DNA of 64,000 nucleotides from Phaeosaccion multiseriatum (lineage: Eukaryota; Protista; Ochrophyta, other classes). Of this stretch, positions 62,201 through 64,000 are shown piece by piece (the stretch's first letter is position 1; each line of letters opens with the position of its first letter). The notes beneath the pieces were generated by a model, which searched no databases, had not been told where the DNA came from, and worked only from the letters and a program-made list of their open reading frames with translations. The stretch is from NCBI GenBank assembly GCA_965112735.1, contig OZ218953.1:744001-808000 (forward strand). Direction: 5' to 3'. Made by a program: the position numbers and the translations under genes.

Positions 62201-64000
62201 ACCACCATTCCCCTCCCCTCCCCGCGACTTGTTGGTTGCTGCTATTACTACTACTGCTGCTGGAGGCGTGTGGTGGTCCGATTTAGTACTGGCGACGCTG
62301 CTGGCTGGGCTGCTGATGCTGCCAGTGCTGGCGCTACTAACGGGGGAGGCACAGGGAGCCTTCGAAGAAGCAGCGGCTCTCGCTTTGGCTTTGGAGGGAA
62401 GAGGGCTGTTCATGCTGCTGCTGCTGTGCTCTTGGGAGAGGAAGCCTTGGATTGGAGCCTGCTTTTGCAGTGCGGCGTTGAGATGGAAGGTCTGGCGGCT
62501 TGCCTTCCACACCTCGTGGAGAGCATCCTTCAGTGCCTGGTGTCAGGAGGGCACGGTGGGTGGGGTGAGGGGGGAGGAGGCGGAAGTGAGTGAGTGAGTG
62601 AGTGAGTGAGTGAGTGAGTGAGAGTGAGTGAGTGAGTGAGTGAGTGAGTGAGTAAGTGAGTGAGTGAGTGAGTGAGTGAGAGTGAGTGAGTCAGTGAGGG
62701 AGTGAGTGAGTGAGAGAGTGAGTGAGTGAGTGAGAGAGTGAGTGAGTGAGTGAGTGAGTGACAGTGAGTGAGGGAGTGAGGGTGAGTGAGTGAGTGAGTG
62801 AGTGAGAGTGAGTGAGTGAGTGACAGTGAGTGAGGGAGTGAGGGTGAGTGAGTGAGTGAGAGAGTGAGTGAGTGAGTGTGAGTGAGGGTGTGAGAGTGAG
62901 AGAGTGAGTGAGTGAGTGAGTGAGTGAGTGAGTGAGTGAGTGAGTGAGTGAGTGAGTGAGTGAGTGAGTAAGTGAGTAAGTGAGTAAGTGAGTGAGTGAG
63001 TTGGTGAGTGAGTGAGTTAGTGAGAGTGAGTGAGTCAGTGAGTGAGTCAGTGAGTGAGTGAGTGAGTGAGTGAGTGACAGTGAGTGAGGGAGTGAGGGTG
63101 AGTGAGTGAGTGAGAGAGTGAGTGAGTGTGAGTGAGGGTGTGAGAGTGAGAGAGTGAGAGAGTGAGTGAGTGAGTGAGTGAATGTGCACGTGCCTCCTGG
63201 TGTCTTCTGAGCACTGACCTGAAGTATTTTGGCCTCATCTATGATGAAGATCTCTCGCTTGTCGGGCGTCACGTTCACGTCAAACGTGCCCTGTGTATCC
63301 ATTGGGACCAGAGCAGAGCAGCAGCAGCAGCAAGTCAGCACTTGGTAATACAGCAGTTGGTGATACAGCACCAGCAAAGGTAGCAAGTGCAAACCCCCTG
63401 ATACAATGGTATGCCAGCCCCACGACACACGCGACTCACTCACTCACTCACTCACTCACCGCCGGCAGCTGTAGATCCAACACGCAAGCAGGCTTCTGCT
63501 TCATCTCGTACTGCCGCCAGACCTCGTTCAGAGCCTAGTCACAGAAGTATCACCAACAGGGGAAGGGGGAAACCGAGAGAGAACCTCAGACTTGGCACCT
63601 ACCTACCGCAAGGAAGGCAGTGAACGGATGGCAGTCAACGGATGCAGCGCGAGTGCCCTCTCGAGACGTTCGCTCCGCTCCATCCCGAACAACCAACACA
63701 GTGCCTTCCCGCTCTTCATCCCTGCCTGCCCGGACTCCCTACCCTCCCCCCATCCCTCCCTCCCTCTCCCCCCCTATCCCCTCCCTCCCCACCTTGGTGA
63801 CCCTCGGCAGGTCCACAGGTCTCCCGTTGAGGAAGATGAATTGCCTGTCGTTGTCGCTTCGACCCACGCCCTCTCCCGCCTTGGACACCAGTCCTACTAT
63901 GCGGACAGGAGGGCAAGGGGTGGCATCCTCCTGCTCCTTCCCGCCCTCCTCCCCCTTCTCCTCCTTGCCCTCCCCCTCCTCTTCTTCCCTCTCCTCTTCT
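59125..64000 (-). CDS. PMS2: PMS2/PMS1-type MutL-alpha endonuclease subunit; 3' portion, 5' end outside the window
   Basis: [45 protein letters not shown]|[28 protein letters not shown] and [14 protein letters not shown]. Confidence 0.93.
62585..63180. repeat. (GAGT)n-type microsatellite, about 600 bp, inside a PMS2 intron
   Basis: Direct reading. Similar tracts at 36238-36462 and 63435-63459. Confidence 0.95.

Noticed and set aside
62530-63443. ORFs of THSL repeats (also CVCV, HTHT, RQTD and EGRK ORFs elsewhere)
   Set aside because: Translations of intronic microsatellites.

Overview
Eukaryotic, GC-rich, intron-rich nuclear DNA with microsatellite-filled introns. It is probably a photosynthetic stramenopile (ochrophyte); this is inferred from bipartite signal peptide + Phe-start presequences. 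About 13 spliced or single-exon genes can be read by eye: the 5' part of a candidate selenoprotein, a GT90/CAP10 glycosyltransferase, a PEHE-domain low-complexity protein, an OTU1/YOD1-like deubiquitinase with an N-terminal UBA, an EamA/DMT transporter, a METTL21-type methyltransferase, an apparent TcdA-TatD fusion, a coiled-coil/ankyrin/WW protein, a DEDDy 3'-5' exonuclease, a PILS/AEC transporter, two PPR genes, SHQ1 plus a SHQ1 fragment, and the 3' part of PMS2. Four observations stand out. (1) A duplicated, intronless PPR(-Smr) locus has near-identical 105-bp repeats that are reshuffled between copies and vary at the RNA-specificity residues, suggesting a rapidly reprogrammed organellar RNA nuclease. 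(2) The 11-mer GTTGGTGATAC occurs 15 times exactly, in exons of unrelated genes in both orientations and in introns, with variants in a third frame. (3) A bacterial-type TcdA is joined in frame to TatD. (4) An otherwise clean exon carries an in-frame Cys-TGA-Gly. All exon boundaries and family calls are manual reads; no database search was run.
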